DNA of 64,000 nucleotides, taken from a virus. A program made the position numbers and the translations under genes. Below are positions 8,401 to 18,491 of the stretch, one piece after another; position 1 is the first letter of the stretch, and each line of letters starts with the position of its first letter. The stretch spans positions 1-64,000 of the IMG/VR virus record IMGVR_UViG_3300044825_002891. One strand, written 5' to 3'. The notes under the pieces were generated by a model that saw nothing but the letters and a program-made list of their open reading frames with translations, ran no database searches and was not told the origin of the DNA.

Positions 8401-8636
8401 CCGGCCTAACCGAACGACAGCGCAAGATCCTATGCGCTCATGCGAACGGTTTCACGCTGTGCGAGATCGCCGTCCATCTTAGCTACTCCTACGTGACGAT
8501 CCGCAAGGACGTGGAGAAGACCAAGAAGAAGCTAGGAGCTTTCAACCTGGCCCAGGCGGTTGTCCTTGCTGTCGCCGCGGGAGAGATTGTCATCGCGCAG
8601 GATGGCAATACTAGCCCAAGCGCCGCTCTCGATTAG
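8397..8636 (+). CDS. LuxR/GerE-type HTH regulator
   Basis: LTERQRKIL...ANG.T..EIA..L..SY.TI....KKLG. Confidence 0.85.
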   Translation: MTGLTERQRKILCAHANGFTLCEIAVHLSYSYVTIRKDVEKTKKKLGAFNLAQAVVLAVAAGEIVIAQDGNTSPSAALD

Positions 8637-9347
8637 CGCCCAGTCGTGTTGATTGGTGCTTTCAACGATAATCGGAAGCTCGTTGAAGTAATCGACTAGA
8701 CGCTGAAAGTCGTCCGGGCCCCACTTGCAGTCTTCAAGGCTCGTTACAACCGTCTTGCCGCAGCCGAGCTCCATCTCGTTGCTGGGCAGAGAGATCTGCA
8801 CAGAACGGATGTGGCTCTTGTCAAGGGAGCAGATGTCGTCCAGCGTGTAGCCGTAGGCAAACGCTCTGGCCACGTTGAGGTGAATCCCGAAGCGGTCGTC
8901 ATCGGCAAGATCAATCGCTCGGCGGATAGATGAGATTGAGCCCGTGTTGCGGTTCGAGCCGTTCTCAATCAGCAGGTCGGAGCCGCTCATTGAGCGACGA
9001 CCGAGCGAGCGCAGCGAGGAGACCAGCCTGCGCTCCTTGTCTGTGTTGGGCACAGGGCAATAGCCAGCGGAGACGACAATACCGGCCGCCCCGACATTGT
9101 CGGCCCAGTCAAGCAGTCTCGTGGCGTAAGTGCGGCTTGCCATAAGCACTTGCCTATTCGGTGACATGAGATTGCAGTCAAGGTGACCCCTCATCGCCAG
9201 CCAGCCCTTCTCGGTGAAGCTGGTGATGATGTGCAAGTTGCCGGTAGACCGCGCCTCGACAATGGCGGCCGTTGCGGCCATGCCAGAGGCTGTAAAGCAA
9301 AGTTCAGAAACGGACAGGTGTTTGGATGTGAGCGTGGTGCCAATCAT
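8532..9347 (-). CDS. endonuclease IV (AP endonuclease family 2 TIM barrel)-like protein with degenerate active site
   Basis: NLMSP...S, LLIENG, RFGIHLNVARAFAYGY, LPIIVES align by eye to Nfo motifs. Confidence 0.6.
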   Translation of the reverse strand: MIGTTLTSKHLSVSELCFTASGMAATAAIVEARSTGNLHIITSFTEKGWLAMRGHLDCNLMSPNRQVLMASRTYATRLLDWADNVGAAGIVVSAGYCPVPNTDKERRLVSSLRSLGRRSMSGSDLLIENGSNRNTGSISSIRRAIDLADDDRFGIHLNVARAFAYGYTLDDICSLDKSHIRSVQISLPSNEMELGCGKTVVTSLEDCKWGPDDFQRLVDYFNELPIIVESTNQHDWALIESGAWASIAILRDDNLSRGDSKDNRLGQVESS

Positions 9348-9437
9348 CAAGTACAAGATTGCAGAAAGCCGGAGAGATTTGATGTCTCGTCCGATACACA
9401 GTCTTGAATAACATCGAAGGAGGCACCAAAATCCATA

Positions 9438-9674
9438 GTGGTGGAGCAGCACCCTTCTGGCATTGCGCGAGTCAAAAAGCAGCGGCCCATTATCGAGGGT
9501 CGTTGCATGCGCTGCCCGCGTTGCAAGAAGCTCCACGACATCCTTGCCTACGTTCCTCTTGGTCAGATTGAGGAGTTCCTGGCGGAAACAAGCCCCGTCT
9601 ACAAGTGCCCCAACTGTAGATGGCTTTTTGCCCCTGCACCGCACGCGCTGAAGGACATCGTTGGAGATGGCTGA
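9438..9674 (+). CDS. Zn-ribbon protein
   Basis: CPRC...YKCPNCRWLF. Confidence 0.6.
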   Translation: MVEQHPSGIARVKKQRPIIEGRCMRCPRCKKLHDILAYVPLGQIEEFLAETSPVYKCPNCRWLFAPAPHALKDIVGDG

Positions 9675-10788
9675 GAAGATCAATCTAGTTCCCCCCATGG
9701 GTGTCCGCAACGCTGCCAAGCGCGGCATTCAGCTTGTTGCCGATGGAAAGGCCGGTGACGGGTTCGAGCCTGCTACGCTCGCCCGTGCTCGGAAGATTGC
9801 TGCTGGACAGGAGCTCACGCCTGCTCACGTGAAGCGCATGTACAGCTTCTTCCGTCGCCATTCCGTCGATCGCAAGCCCAACTGGGGCGCTTCCGGCAAA
9901 GAGACACCCGGTTACGTGGCGTGGATGGCCTGGGGCGGAGATCCCGGTGCCTCCTGGAGCGCCATGAAGGTCGCCCAGATGAAGCGCCTGAACATGTCCG
10001 AGGACATGTGGAACGATGGCGAGCTGTCTGACGATGCTGTCAAGAGCATTCAGGGCATGCTGCCCGAGAATCCCCGCGAGTGGGACTACATGGTGGACAT
10101 GGAGACGCTCAAGGAGGTGTACTGGCGCGGCTGGGAAGATTATCCCATGAAGTCCGAAACGGACCTGAGCCGCAACCAGTGGGCGCTTTCCCGCGTTGCT
10201 GCATTCCTGCACATGCTTGAGTACGGCAAGCCGGACAATCCGGAGTACGACGATGACAACGATCTGCTCCCGGAGAGCCATCCATATTACGGCCGTGAGG
10301 CTGACGAGGAGATGGAGATGAGCGAGCTTTCGGAGGCGCAGAAGCGTCGCCAGCAAATCCTTGACGATCGCATCGAAGAGGCTATTGACCTGATTCTTGC
10401 CGACCCCTGGGGTGGCAAGCCGGGCACGAACTGGAAGCAGGTCGGGCCGGATGCTCGGCGGAGGCTGCGTGGTCTGCTCAACTACTACGCCAAGAAGCCG
10501 CATCCCTTCCGCGCCTGTGTGCGCGACAATCGTAAGCGCTTTGGCCCCGGTGCCGAGCGTGTCTGTGCGGTGCTCAAGGACATGATCCGCGGCACCACCA
10601 AATGGCGCGGAAGGAGTGACATGTCGGAAGAGGACATGTTCTCCGTAATCGCTGCCTCGGAGGATGTTGAGGCGACTCTAGTCGATGAGGCCCCGGTCAT
10701 CGACGAAGAGCTCGCCTCCATCCTCCTCGAAATGGATGACGCCACCATGGCGCAGATTGAGAGCCTGATCTGGGACGAGGTCGAGTAG
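9667..10788 (+). CDS. multi-domain putative virion (head-associated) protein
   Basis: Domains RMYSFFRRH...AWMAWGGD, LKEVYWRG...QWALSRV and KKPHPFRACV, recalled from phage head-region genes. Confidence 0.65.
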   Translation: MAEKINLVPPMGVRNAAKRGIQLVADGKAGDGFEPATLARARKIAAGQELTPAHVKRMYSFFRRHSVDRKPNWGASGKETPGYVAWMAWGGDPGASWSAMKVAQMKRLNMSEDMWNDGELSDDAVKSIQGMLPENPREWDYMVDMETLKEVYWRGWEDYPMKSETDLSRNQWALSRVAAFLHMLEYGKPDNPEYDDDNDLLPESHPYYGREADEEMEMSELSEAQKRRQQILDDRIEEAIDLILADPWGGKPGTNWKQVGPDARRRLRGLLNYYAKKPHPFRACVRDNRKRFGPGAERVCAVLKDMIRGTTKWRGRSDMSEEDMFSVIAASEDVEATLVDEAPVIDEELASILLEMDDATMAQIESLIWDEVE

Positions 10789-11136
10789 GTGCCCGCCGGG
10801 TCGTACAACATTGTCTGCGACCAGGGCGCCACGTTTGGCCTGAACCTGACGTACGAGGACGCCAACGGCACGGCTGTGAATCTGACTGGCTACACAGCCC
10901 GAATGCAGGTGCGCTCCAAGGCTGACGCTGCTACCACGATTCTCAGCCTGACTTCGGGCAGCGGCATCACGCTTGGCGGCTCTGCCGGGACGATCGTAAT
11001 CAGCATCAGCGCGGCAACAACAGCCGGATTGACTGCTGGTGATTATGTTTACGATCTTGAGCTTGTCGCTCCCACCACCGCGGTAACTCGTCTTCTTCAG
11101 GGTCGCTTCAGAGTTTCCGCGGAGGTGACCCGGTGA
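10789..11136 (+). CDS. BppU-like Ig-fold structural/adaptor protein
   Basis: YNIVCDQGATF...NLTGYTARMQVR...YVYDLEL...RLLQG...EVT. Confidence 0.75.
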   Translation: MPAGSYNIVCDQGATFGLNLTYEDANGTAVNLTGYTARMQVRSKADAATTILSLTSGSGITLGGSAGTIVISISAATTAGLTAGDYVYDLELVAPTTAVTRLLQGRFRVSAEVTR

Positions 11137-11690
11137 CAAGAGTTGTAGTTACCGAAGACAAGAAATACGTTGTCGTTGACAAGCAGACGACAAACGTCCG
11201 CGTCGATGTTATCGAGCCAAGCGTCAAGGTCCAGGCCCCCGGGGTCGTCGGCCCTCCCGGCTCTCAGATTCTCTCTTCAAACGGCGCCCCAGACTCTGCT
11301 CTCGGTGTTATTGGGGACTTCTACCTCAACAAGACAACAAACGAGCTGTACGGCCCCAAGACTCAGGAAACTGGCTGGGGCACTCCTATCAATCTCGGCT
11401 CTGCGGAGTTCGAGAATCAGTTTGACCTTGACTCGCCCGAGGATGGTCAGGTCATCGAATATGACGCCGATCAGGACCTGTGGGTCCCGAAGCATATTCG
11501 ATATACGCATGTTCAGTCGGCCGCGACGAGCACATGGACAGTCAATCACAACCTTGGTATTCGCCCCGGCGGAGTCACGGTAGTGGACAGCGGCGAAAAC
11601 GTCGTATTTGGCGATGTGCTGTACGCGAATGACAACAGCCTGACAATCACCTTCTCTTCCGCTTTCGGCGGGAAGGTCTACCTTTCGTGA
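11133..11690 (+). CDS. virion fibre-associated protein
   Basis: GAP...G..GDFYL...LYGPK, and C-terminal YTHVQ...WTVNHNLG domain. Confidence 0.7.
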   Translation: MTRVVVTEDKKYVVVDKQTTNVRVDVIEPSVKVQAPGVVGPPGSQILSSNGAPDSALGVIGDFYLNKTTNELYGPKTQETGWGTPINLGSAEFENQFDLDSPEDGQVIEYDADQDLWVPKHIRYTHVQSAATSTWTVNHNLGIRPGGVTVVDSGENVVFGDVLYANDNSLTITFSSAFGGKVYLS

Positions 11691-11697
11691 GGATTCG

Positions 11698-12927
11698 ATG
11701 AGTAAGTTTCTCAACAACATCGACCTACAGAAGAACGAGATCCGGAACGCGAAGGTCCACGCCCTCGCTACCGATCCCTCGACTCCTGTACAGGGTCAGA
11801 TCTACTTCAACACGGCTGATGGCCGTCTGAAGGTCTACGACGGGTCTGCGTGGCGCTATGCCTCGGGCCTGTTCGATAACGCTGATATCTCGGCAAGCGC
11901 TGCGATTGCGCTCTCCAAGCTGGCGACCGACCCGCTGGCTCGCGCCAACCACACTGGCACGCAGACAGCCTCGACGATCTCCGACTTTGATACCCAGGTC
12001 CGCACCAGCCGTCTTGACCAGATGGCTCTTGCCGCGACCAATGTCAACCTGAACAGCCAGCGCATCACCGGCCTTGCTGATCCGGTCAACGCTCAGGATG
12101 CCGCCACCAAGAGCTACGTCGATGCGTTTGCCGTCGGCCTCGACCCCAAGCAGTCTGTGCGCGCGGCCACAACTGGCCCGATCACGCTCTCCGGCACCCA
12201 GACCATCGACGATGTCGTTCTGGTTGTTGGCAACCGCGTCCTGGTCAAGGATCAAGGCACAGGCTCTGAGAACGGCATTTACGTCGTTGCCTCTGGCGCG
12301 TGGTCGCGTTCGACCGATGCCGACACCGACGCCGAGGTTACGGCCGGTCTCTTCACGTTCGTTGAAGAAGGCACGGCGCACGCCAACTCCGGCTGGGTGC
12401 TTGCCACCGATAACCCGATCACGGTCGGCACCACGCCGCTGAGCTTCGTTCAGTTCTCCGGTGCCGGTCAGATCGATGCTGGCGATGGTCTTACCAAGAC
12501 AGGGAACCGCCTGGATGTCGTCGGCACCGCTGACCGCATCAGCGTTTCCGCCAACGCGGTTGACATCGCTACCAATTACGTCGGCCAGACGACTATCACC
12601 ACGCTTGGCACCGTCACCACGGGCACGTGGAACGGCACGCCGATCGGTGTCAGCTACGGCGGCACGGGTGCTACTGATGCCGCTGGCGCGAAGACGAACC
12701 TCGGGTTCATCACGCGCTACGCTGCCGATATCGGTGACAGCACAACCACCGACATCGTCATCACGCACAACCTGAACACTCGTGATGCGACCGTGCAGGT
12801 GCGCGAGGCTGGCTCGCCGTACGAGCAGGTCAACGTCGATGTCGAGTACACGACCACGAACACCGTGACGCTGCGCTTCGCCGTGGCCCCCGCGGTGAAC
12901 GCCTATCGCGCTATTGTGATGGGGTAA
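11698..12927 (+). CDS. virion fibre / structural protein
   Basis: GQIYFNT, RANHTGTQ, DAATKSYVD, KQSVRAATT...RVLVKDQ...NGIY, ITHNLNT. Confidence 0.8.
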   Translation: MSKFLNNIDLQKNEIRNAKVHALATDPSTPVQGQIYFNTADGRLKVYDGSAWRYASGLFDNADISASAAIALSKLATDPLARANHTGTQTASTISDFDTQVRTSRLDQMALAATNVNLNSQRITGLADPVNAQDAATKSYVDAFAVGLDPKQSVRAATTGPITLSGTQTIDDVVLVVGNRVLVKDQGTGSENGIYVVASGAWSRSTDADTDAEVTAGLFTFVEEGTAHANSGWVLATDNPITVGTTPLSFVQFSGAGQIDAGDGLTKTGNRLDVVGTADRISVSANAVDIATNYVGQTTITTLGTVTTGTWNGTPIGVSYGGTGATDAAGAKTNLGFITRYAADIGDSTTTDIVITHNLNTRDATVQVREAGSPYEQVNVDVEYTTTNTVTLRFAVAPAVNAYRAIVMG

Positions 12928-12936
12928 AGCAAGACT

Positions 12937-13341
12937 ATGGGCCGCACTAACGAAAAACTCTGGAAGCGCATCGTTGCTGACGTGAAAGCGGGCAGCAAGG
13001 GCGGCGACGCCGGAGAGTGGAGTGCGCGCAAGGCCCAGCTTGCTACTGCTAGATACAAGAAGGCCGGTGGTGGGTATTCCGGCCCCAAGACAGAAGCTCA
13101 GAAGTCACTGACCAAGTGGACCAAGGAAAAGTGGCGCACGAGCGACGGAAAGCCTTCTTCCAGGCCCGGCGGAAAGACTCGATATCTTCCCGACGCGGCC
13201 TGGAAGAAGCTTTCTCCGCAGGAGAAGGCCGCTACGAACAGGGCCAAGAAGACCGGAGACAAAGCTGGCAAGCAGTTTGTTTCCAACACAAAGGCGGCAA
13301 AGTCCGCAAGTAGATCTGTTAGGGGATCTAAGAAAAAGTAG
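12937..13341 (+). CDS. DUF5872-like basic protein
   Basis: GSKGG..GEWSARKAQL...YKKAGGGY, WTKEKW, RYLP..AW. Confidence 0.7.
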   Translation: MGRTNEKLWKRIVADVKAGSKGGDAGEWSARKAQLATARYKKAGGGYSGPKTEAQKSLTKWTKEKWRTSDGKPSSRPGGKTRYLPDAAWKKLSPQEKAATNRAKKTGDKAGKQFVSNTKAAKSASRSVRGSKKK

Positions 13342-13382
13342 CATAGCCCCGAGGGGCCACCAGAAAGGCAAAGACCGAGGTC

Positions 13383-15713
13383 ATGCCAAAAGTTCTATCT
13401 GCAGTACGAGCGCTACTCTTCGGCTCTGCCGGTTCGCAGGCAGTGGCCGTTGGCGTTTCCGGGGATACAAATCCCCGCCTGCGGATTGATGCTGGTGGAC
13501 GCCTCACATGGGGCACTGGCGCCGCGGCCGGGGATATCTACGCTGAGCGCAATGGCGCAAACTCGCTGCTTGTCTCTGGCGAGCTACTTGCTGACTCGTA
13601 TCAGGTTGATGTTGCCGCTACGCCAACAGGCGCCGTCGGCAAGCTGATCTGGAATGACACCGAGGGTACGCTCGATCTGGGTCTAAAGGGCGGGAATGTC
13701 ACGTTGCCCGTTGGCCAGACTCTTACGCAGCGCGTGACCAACACGACCGGTAACACCCTCGCCCGCGGCAAGGCCGTGCGCCTCGCGGGCGCCCAGGGCA
13801 ACCGCACCACGGTGGCCCTGGCCCAGGGGGACACCGACGCGAACTCCTCGAAGACCTTCGGACTCACGGCCGAGGCGATCAGCGATAGCCACTCCGGCTT
13901 CGTCATCACCGAGGGGCTCCTCACCGGGCTCGACACGAGCACCCTGACCGAGGGCGGCATCGTGTGGCTCTCGGCCACCACGGCCGGCGCCCTCACGAGC
14001 ACGATGCCCGACGCGCCGAATCACGGCGTGATGATGGGGCTGTGCGTGAAGTCGCACGCCTCGACCGGCATCATCCTCGTCAAGGTGCAGAACGGCTACG
14101 AGCTCGGCGAGCTCCACGACGTCAAGATCACCTCGCCCACCAACGGCCAGGTCCTGTCCTACGACGCGGCTCTCGGCTACTGGAAGAACGCCGCGGGCGG
14201 CGGGGGCGGCGGGGGCGCCAGCGTCAGCGTGGGCGACTCGGCCCCGGCCGGTCCCTCCGCGGGTGACCTCTGGTTCAACTCGGCCAACCTCAAGACCTAC
14301 ATCTACTACGACTCCTACTGGGTCGAGGTCGGGGGCGGCGCGGGTGGCGGCGGGGGCTCCTCGGTTACCACATCTGATACCGCCCCTACGAGCCCCAACC
14401 CCGGCGACGTGTGGTACGACTCGACCACGGGCCGGACCTACCTCTACTACGACTCGTTTTGGGTGGAGATGCGCTCCACGAGCGACCTCACCGTGGCGGG
14501 GCACACCGCGGAGCACGTGCGGGGCGGCAACGACGTGCTCGACGGCGACCGCCTTCAGGTGGACTACGTGCCGACCGCCTACACCCGCGACACGGCCTCC
14601 GCGGGCGGGGGCGCGGTCACCGACCTCACGGCCCACCTCGGCGGCATCGACGACCAGCTGATCGTGCTTGCCTCGGGACGCAACCGCATCGTGAACGGCG
14701 GCATACTGGTGAATCAGAGATATGGTGTCAACACCCAGACGGCGAGGACGGGGAGCAGGTTCCCCATCGCAGATCGCTTCTTCGGGTACGCAAACGGTGG
14801 CGGCTCGATCAACACCGTCACCACAGGCACAGTCACGCCGCCACCCCACGGGGGAAACTACTACCTTCAGGCGACGGTAAACGCCACCGACTCGTCTCTC
14901 GCCGCCTCGGACCTCTACAGCATCCATACCGAGGTGGAGGGCTTCTATCTCAACGGGCTCGGGTTTGGCTACAGCGCGCCGCCCTCCGTGACCCTGTCGT
15001 TCTACGTCTACAGCAGCGTCACCGGCACGTTTAGCCTCACGATGAGCAACGGCGTGCCCGTTGGTGACCGGTATTACACCACGTCATACACCATCAACGC
15101 CGCCAACACGTGGGAGCGCAAGGCGATCACCTTCGTCTCACCCACGACTGGGGTGTGGGACACCACGAGCTTGGTCCTCTCCATCCACTGGCCGCTGGCG
15201 GCTGGCTCCAACTTCATAAACCCGTACCCCACCAACTGGCAAAGTACGCCCGGCCCGTACATGATTACGGCCGCTCAGACCAACTTCATGGCCAACGCCG
15301 GAGCGGTCTTCCGCCTGACCGGCGTTCAGCTGGAGATCGGCTCTGACCCCACGCCCTTTGAGAACACCCGCTACGCTGAGGAGCTCCTGCGGTGCCAACG
15401 GTACTACCAGGTAACCGACTACTTTCAGGGCACCGCCGCAACCAGCTCCACCATTGTGGTGGTGGCCCCGGCACTGGTGCCGATGCGCGGCACTATCGTA
15501 CCCTCCATCGCGGGCACCACGTGGGCTCTGAGCGACAACTACGCGGGCGATGCCAACGCGTCCTCGCCCACGATGCCGAACATCTACGAATGTAGCTCGC
15601 GCGGCGCTCGCGTGGTCCTCGGCGGCTTTACGGGCCTCACAACCGGCCGCTACTACAACTCGCGGCCTAGCACCACCAGCCTCATCGGGCTGAGCGCCGA
15701 GGCCCTGTCCTAA
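13383..15713 (+). CDS. long modular fibre protein
   Basis: Cement-like beta domain, two GDxW...YYDSxWVE repeats, shared DGDRLQVDYVP module, C-terminal CBM-like domain (GVQLE...CQRYY). Confidence 0.8.
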   Translation: MPKVLSAVRALLFGSAGSQAVAVGVSGDTNPRLRIDAGGRLTWGTGAAAGDIYAERNGANSLLVSGELLADSYQVDVAATPTGAVGKLIWNDTEGTLDLGLKGGNVTLPVGQTLTQRVTNTTGNTLARGKAVRLAGAQGNRTTVALAQGDTDANSSKTFGLTAEAISDSHSGFVITEGLLTGLDTSTLTEGGIVWLSATTAGALTSTMPDAPNHGVMMGLCVKSHASTGIILVKVQNGYELGELHDVKITSPTNGQVLSYDAALGYWKNAAGGGGGGGASVSVGDSAPAGPSAGDLWFNSANLKTYIYYDSYWVEVGGGAGGGGGSSVTTSDTAPTSPNPGDVWYDSTTGRTYLYYDSFWVEMRSTSDLTVAGHTAEHVRGGNDVLDGDRLQVDYVPTAYTRDTASAGGGAVTDLTAHLGGIDDQLIVLASGRNRIVNGGILVNQRYGVNTQTARTGSRFPIADRFFGYANGGGSINTVTTGTVTPPPHGGNYYLQATVNATDSSLAASDLYSIHTEVEGFYLNGLGFGYSAPPSVTLSFYVYSSVTGTFSLTMSNGVPVGDRYYTTSYTINAANTWERKAITFVSPTTGVWDTTSLVLSIHWPLAAGSNFINPYPTNWQSTPGPYMITAAQTNFMANAGAVFRLTGVQLEIGSDPTPFENTRYAEELLRCQRYYQVTDYFQGTAATSSTIVVVAPALVPMRGTIVPSIAGTTWALSDNYAGDANASSPTMPNIYECSSRGARVVLGGFTGLTTGRYYNSRPSTTSLIGLSAEALS
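14502..14652 (+). repeat. shared ~150-bp fibre module, copy 1 of 4 (others ~16328-16477, ~18746-18895, ~20577-20726)
   Basis: HxxxHxxxGxDxxDGDRxxVDYVPxxYTR...TDLTAHLxG conserved at protein and DNA level. Confidence 0.85.
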
Positions 15714-16876
15714 TGGCCATCGACTTCCCCAACAGCCCCACCAACGGCCAGGAGTTCACCTCCGGCGGCACCACCTGGGTCTATGACGGCACCAAGTGGA
15801 ACGCCAAGACGGTCGCCGCGTACTCCAACGACGCCGCGCCCGTGGGGACGATCGTCAACTTCGCGGGCACCGTGGGCTCCATCCCCGCGGGCTGGCTCGC
15901 GTGCGACGGGGCGGCCATCTCCCGCACGACCTACGCCACGCTGTTCAGCACGATCGGTACCACCTACGGCGCGGGCAACGGCTCCACCACCTTCAACACG
16001 CCCGACATCGAGAGCACCTCGGGGGTGTTCATCATCCGCTGGACCACCACGCTCGGGGTGACGGCTACGGACTCGCTCTACGCCACCCCCGTGGGCGTGA
16101 TGATGACCTGGCCCACCACGTCGAGCTACCCCACGGGCTGGCTGCGGGCGGACGGCTCGGCGGTCTCCCGCACGAGCTACGCGGACCTCTTCGCGCTGAT
16201 CGGCACGACCTACGGGACGGGCAACGGCTCCACGACGTTCAACCTCCCCAACCTCGTCGAGACGGGCGGCCCGGTGACGCTGATCAAGGCCGTGCTCTCG
16301 GGCGGCCAGGAGCCCTCCACGATCGCCCACGCCGCGCGTCACATCCGCGGCGGCGCGGACATCATCGACGGGGACCGCGTGCAGGTGGACTACGTGCCCG
16401 CCAACTACACGCGCAACAGCGCGGCGTCTGGCGCCGGGGCCAACACCGATCTCACGGCGCACCTCGGCGGGATTGATCAGCTGTTCGGGCCATGGAGTTC
16501 CTGGACGACGTACACCATCGGCGGCTTCACGACGGGCAACGCCACCAAGGAGGGCAAGTACCTCCAGATGGGGAAGGTGGTGGCGTTCTGGACCAGGACC
16601 ACGCTGGGAAGCACCAGTGCCGTGACCGGCCAACTCACCATCTCGGTGCCCGTCGCGGCATCGACCTCGCACAATGGCGTGTTCAAGGGACACTTCTTTG
16701 ATAGTGGCACCGGTTTCCCACTCATGCAGCCATGGTTTGACGGCGCTGTGGTCAACCTCTACGCGGTCGGCTCCGCGGCGGCCTACGCGTCTGCCGCCGC
16801 CACCAGCTCAGCCGTTCCCATGACCTGGGCTACCGGCGACGCCTTCTACTGCTCTGGAATCTACGAGGCCGCCTAA
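15713..16876 (+). CDS. fibre protein with two tail-collar domains
   Basis: MAIDFPNSP start; two P.GWL..DG.A.SRT.YA.LF..IGTTYG.GNGSTTFN; YEAA tip. Confidence 0.85.
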   Translation: MAIDFPNSPTNGQEFTSGGTTWVYDGTKWNAKTVAAYSNDAAPVGTIVNFAGTVGSIPAGWLACDGAAISRTTYATLFSTIGTTYGAGNGSTTFNTPDIESTSGVFIIRWTTTLGVTATDSLYATPVGVMMTWPTTSSYPTGWLRADGSAVSRTSYADLFALIGTTYGTGNGSTTFNLPNLVETGGPVTLIKAVLSGGQEPSTIAHAARHIRGGADIIDGDRVQVDYVPANYTRNSAASGAGANTDLTAHLGGIDQLFGPWSSWTTYTIGGFTTGNATKEGKYLQMGKVVAFWTRTTLGSTSAVTGQLTISVPVAASTSHNGVFKGHFFDSGTGFPLMQPWFDGAVVNLYAVGSAAAYASAAATSSAVPMTWATGDAFYCSGIYEAA

Positions 16877-17919
16877 TGCCAGTCTTCGGCTTCGGACACG
16901 AGACCTGCACGAGCACCACCCGCCCGGCCACGCCGAGCCTCGGTCAGCTCGTCTACCAGACGGACACGGACGAGTACGTCAAGTACGTCACCGACGTGGA
17001 CGGCACGAACCGGTGGATGCAGGCCATCTACAAGCCCCACCGCCGCATCAACCTCAACGGCGACTTCCGCATCTGGCAGCGCGGCACGAGCCGCGGCTCA
17101 GGCGGTGGTGGCGCGACCACGTTCGCGGCCGACCGGTACTGCTTCGGCAACAACGGCGCCGCGGAGTTCGTGGCCACCCAGCAGGCCACGGGTCCCCGCG
17201 GCGACCTCCTCTACGCCATGCGCGTCGCCGCCAACGCCACCGTGACCAACGGGCTCAACGGCGTCCAGCACCTCATCGAGACCGCCGACACGATCCCCCT
17301 GCGCGGCCAGCGCCTGACCCTGAGCTTCTGGGTGCGAGGCAGCAAGAACGACTTCGCGGGGAATGCCTACGGCTTCGAGTCCGGCACCGCGGAGGCCAAC
17401 CCGGGCGTGGGCAACGGGCTCACCGGTGCCGCCTCGCTGGCCACGGGCACCGTCGCGGTGACGACCTCGTGGCAGAAGGTGGTCCTGACCTCGACCGGCA
17501 CGGTCGCGAACAACGCCGCGCTCATCCGGATCTCGCTCCCCCGTCCCACCAACTTCGTCAACGGTGACTGGATCGAGTACGCGGGCGTGCAGCTTGAGGT
17601 GGGCACCGCGCCGAGTGACTACGAGGTGCGCCTCCTCAGCGATGAGCTCGCGCGATGCCAGCGCTACTACGAGCAGGTGGCCCACGCCGGCCGCTACTAC
17701 TCCAACGACGGTTACTGGGGCATGAACTTCTCGTTCAAGGTGACCAAGCGCACCGCGAGTTACTCCATGGCGGTCGTGAGCACCGGCAACAGCTCCACGT
17801 TCTCGACGGTTACGGCCGTCCAGAACACCACCCAAGCGGCCAACTATCAGGCGAGCGGCCTCGCGGCAGGGATGTACTACACCTATGGTTACACGGTCGG
17901 CATCGACGCGGAGATCTAA
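16876..17919 (+). CDS. fibre/receptor-binding protein, CBM-like tip
   Basis: TSTTRPATPSLGQLVYQTDT N-module; NGDFRIWQRG...GVQLE...CQRYY. Confidence 0.8.
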   Translation: MPVFGFGHETCTSTTRPATPSLGQLVYQTDTDEYVKYVTDVDGTNRWMQAIYKPHRRINLNGDFRIWQRGTSRGSGGGGATTFAADRYCFGNNGAAEFVATQQATGPRGDLLYAMRVAANATVTNGLNGVQHLIETADTIPLRGQRLTLSFWVRGSKNDFAGNAYGFESGTAEANPGVGNGLTGAASLATGTVAVTTSWQKVVLTSTGTVANNAALIRISLPRPTNFVNGDWIEYAGVQLEVGTAPSDYEVRLLSDELARCQRYYEQVAHAGRYYSNDGYWGMNFSFKVTKRTASYSMAVVSTGNSSTFSTVTAVQNTTQAANYQASGLAAGMYYTYGYTVGIDAEI

Positions 17920-18491
17920 TGCCTAGATCCTTCTCCACCACCGGCACCACGATCGTGGACACCGCCGCAGACATCCCCACGGCCTCGGCGGCCTACGAGG
18001 GCGTCATGGTGTTCCAGAAGGACACCAACGAACTCAAGATCTGCGACGGGTCGAGCTGGATCAGCATGCTCAACACCGGCAACAACCCAATGGCTGCGTG
18101 GACGAGCTACAACCCGACTATCTCTCAGGGCTCTGCCACCAACATCTCCAAGACCATGGCCTACGCCGGATACATTACGCTCGGCAAGCTCGTGATCTGT
18201 AGCGCCAACATCAGCCTCACAGGGACAGGTCAAGCCAACAACGCGATTAAGGCTACGCTCCCGGTCCCTAAGACGATCGGTGTGTATCACGAGATCGGGT
18301 ACGGTAGTTACTTCGCAGCCGCTGGCGCGAAGTACGAACTACTAGTGTCCGACGACGCCTCAACCTCAGTGGTGCGGTTTCAGTATGCGCACAGGACCGA
18401 CGACCTCAATCTAGGTGGCGGCGGCAACTTTACGAGCGCCGTTGCAAACGGGCATGTTCTAAGCTTTACAGCAATCTACGAGGCCGCGTAA
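17919..18491 (+). CDS. short fibre/receptor-binding protein
   Basis: TAATG overlap; GVMVFQKDT N-module; WTSYNPT...YEAA tip. Confidence 0.75.
   Translation: MPRSFSTTGTTIVDTAADIPTASAAYEGVMVFQKDTNELKICDGSSWISMLNTGNNPMAAWTSYNPTISQGSATNISKTMAYAGYITLGKLVICSANISLTGTGQANNAIKATLPVPKTIGVYHEIGYGSYFAAAGAKYELLVSDDASTSVVRFQYAHRTDDLNLGGGGNFTSAVANGHVLSFTAIYEAA

Noticed and set aside
10786-10791. Read-through fusion at the in-frame TAG-GTG junction (also TAA-GTG at 57709-57714)
   Set aside because: The downstream proteins have plausible own N-termini; tight stop/start coupling is the norm here
13683-14927. Long antisense and alternate-frame ORFs (also 11725-12768, 15710-16693, 31764-32963 and the 5' part of 18559-19950)
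   Set aside because: Shadow ORFs produced by high GC3 on recognisable genes
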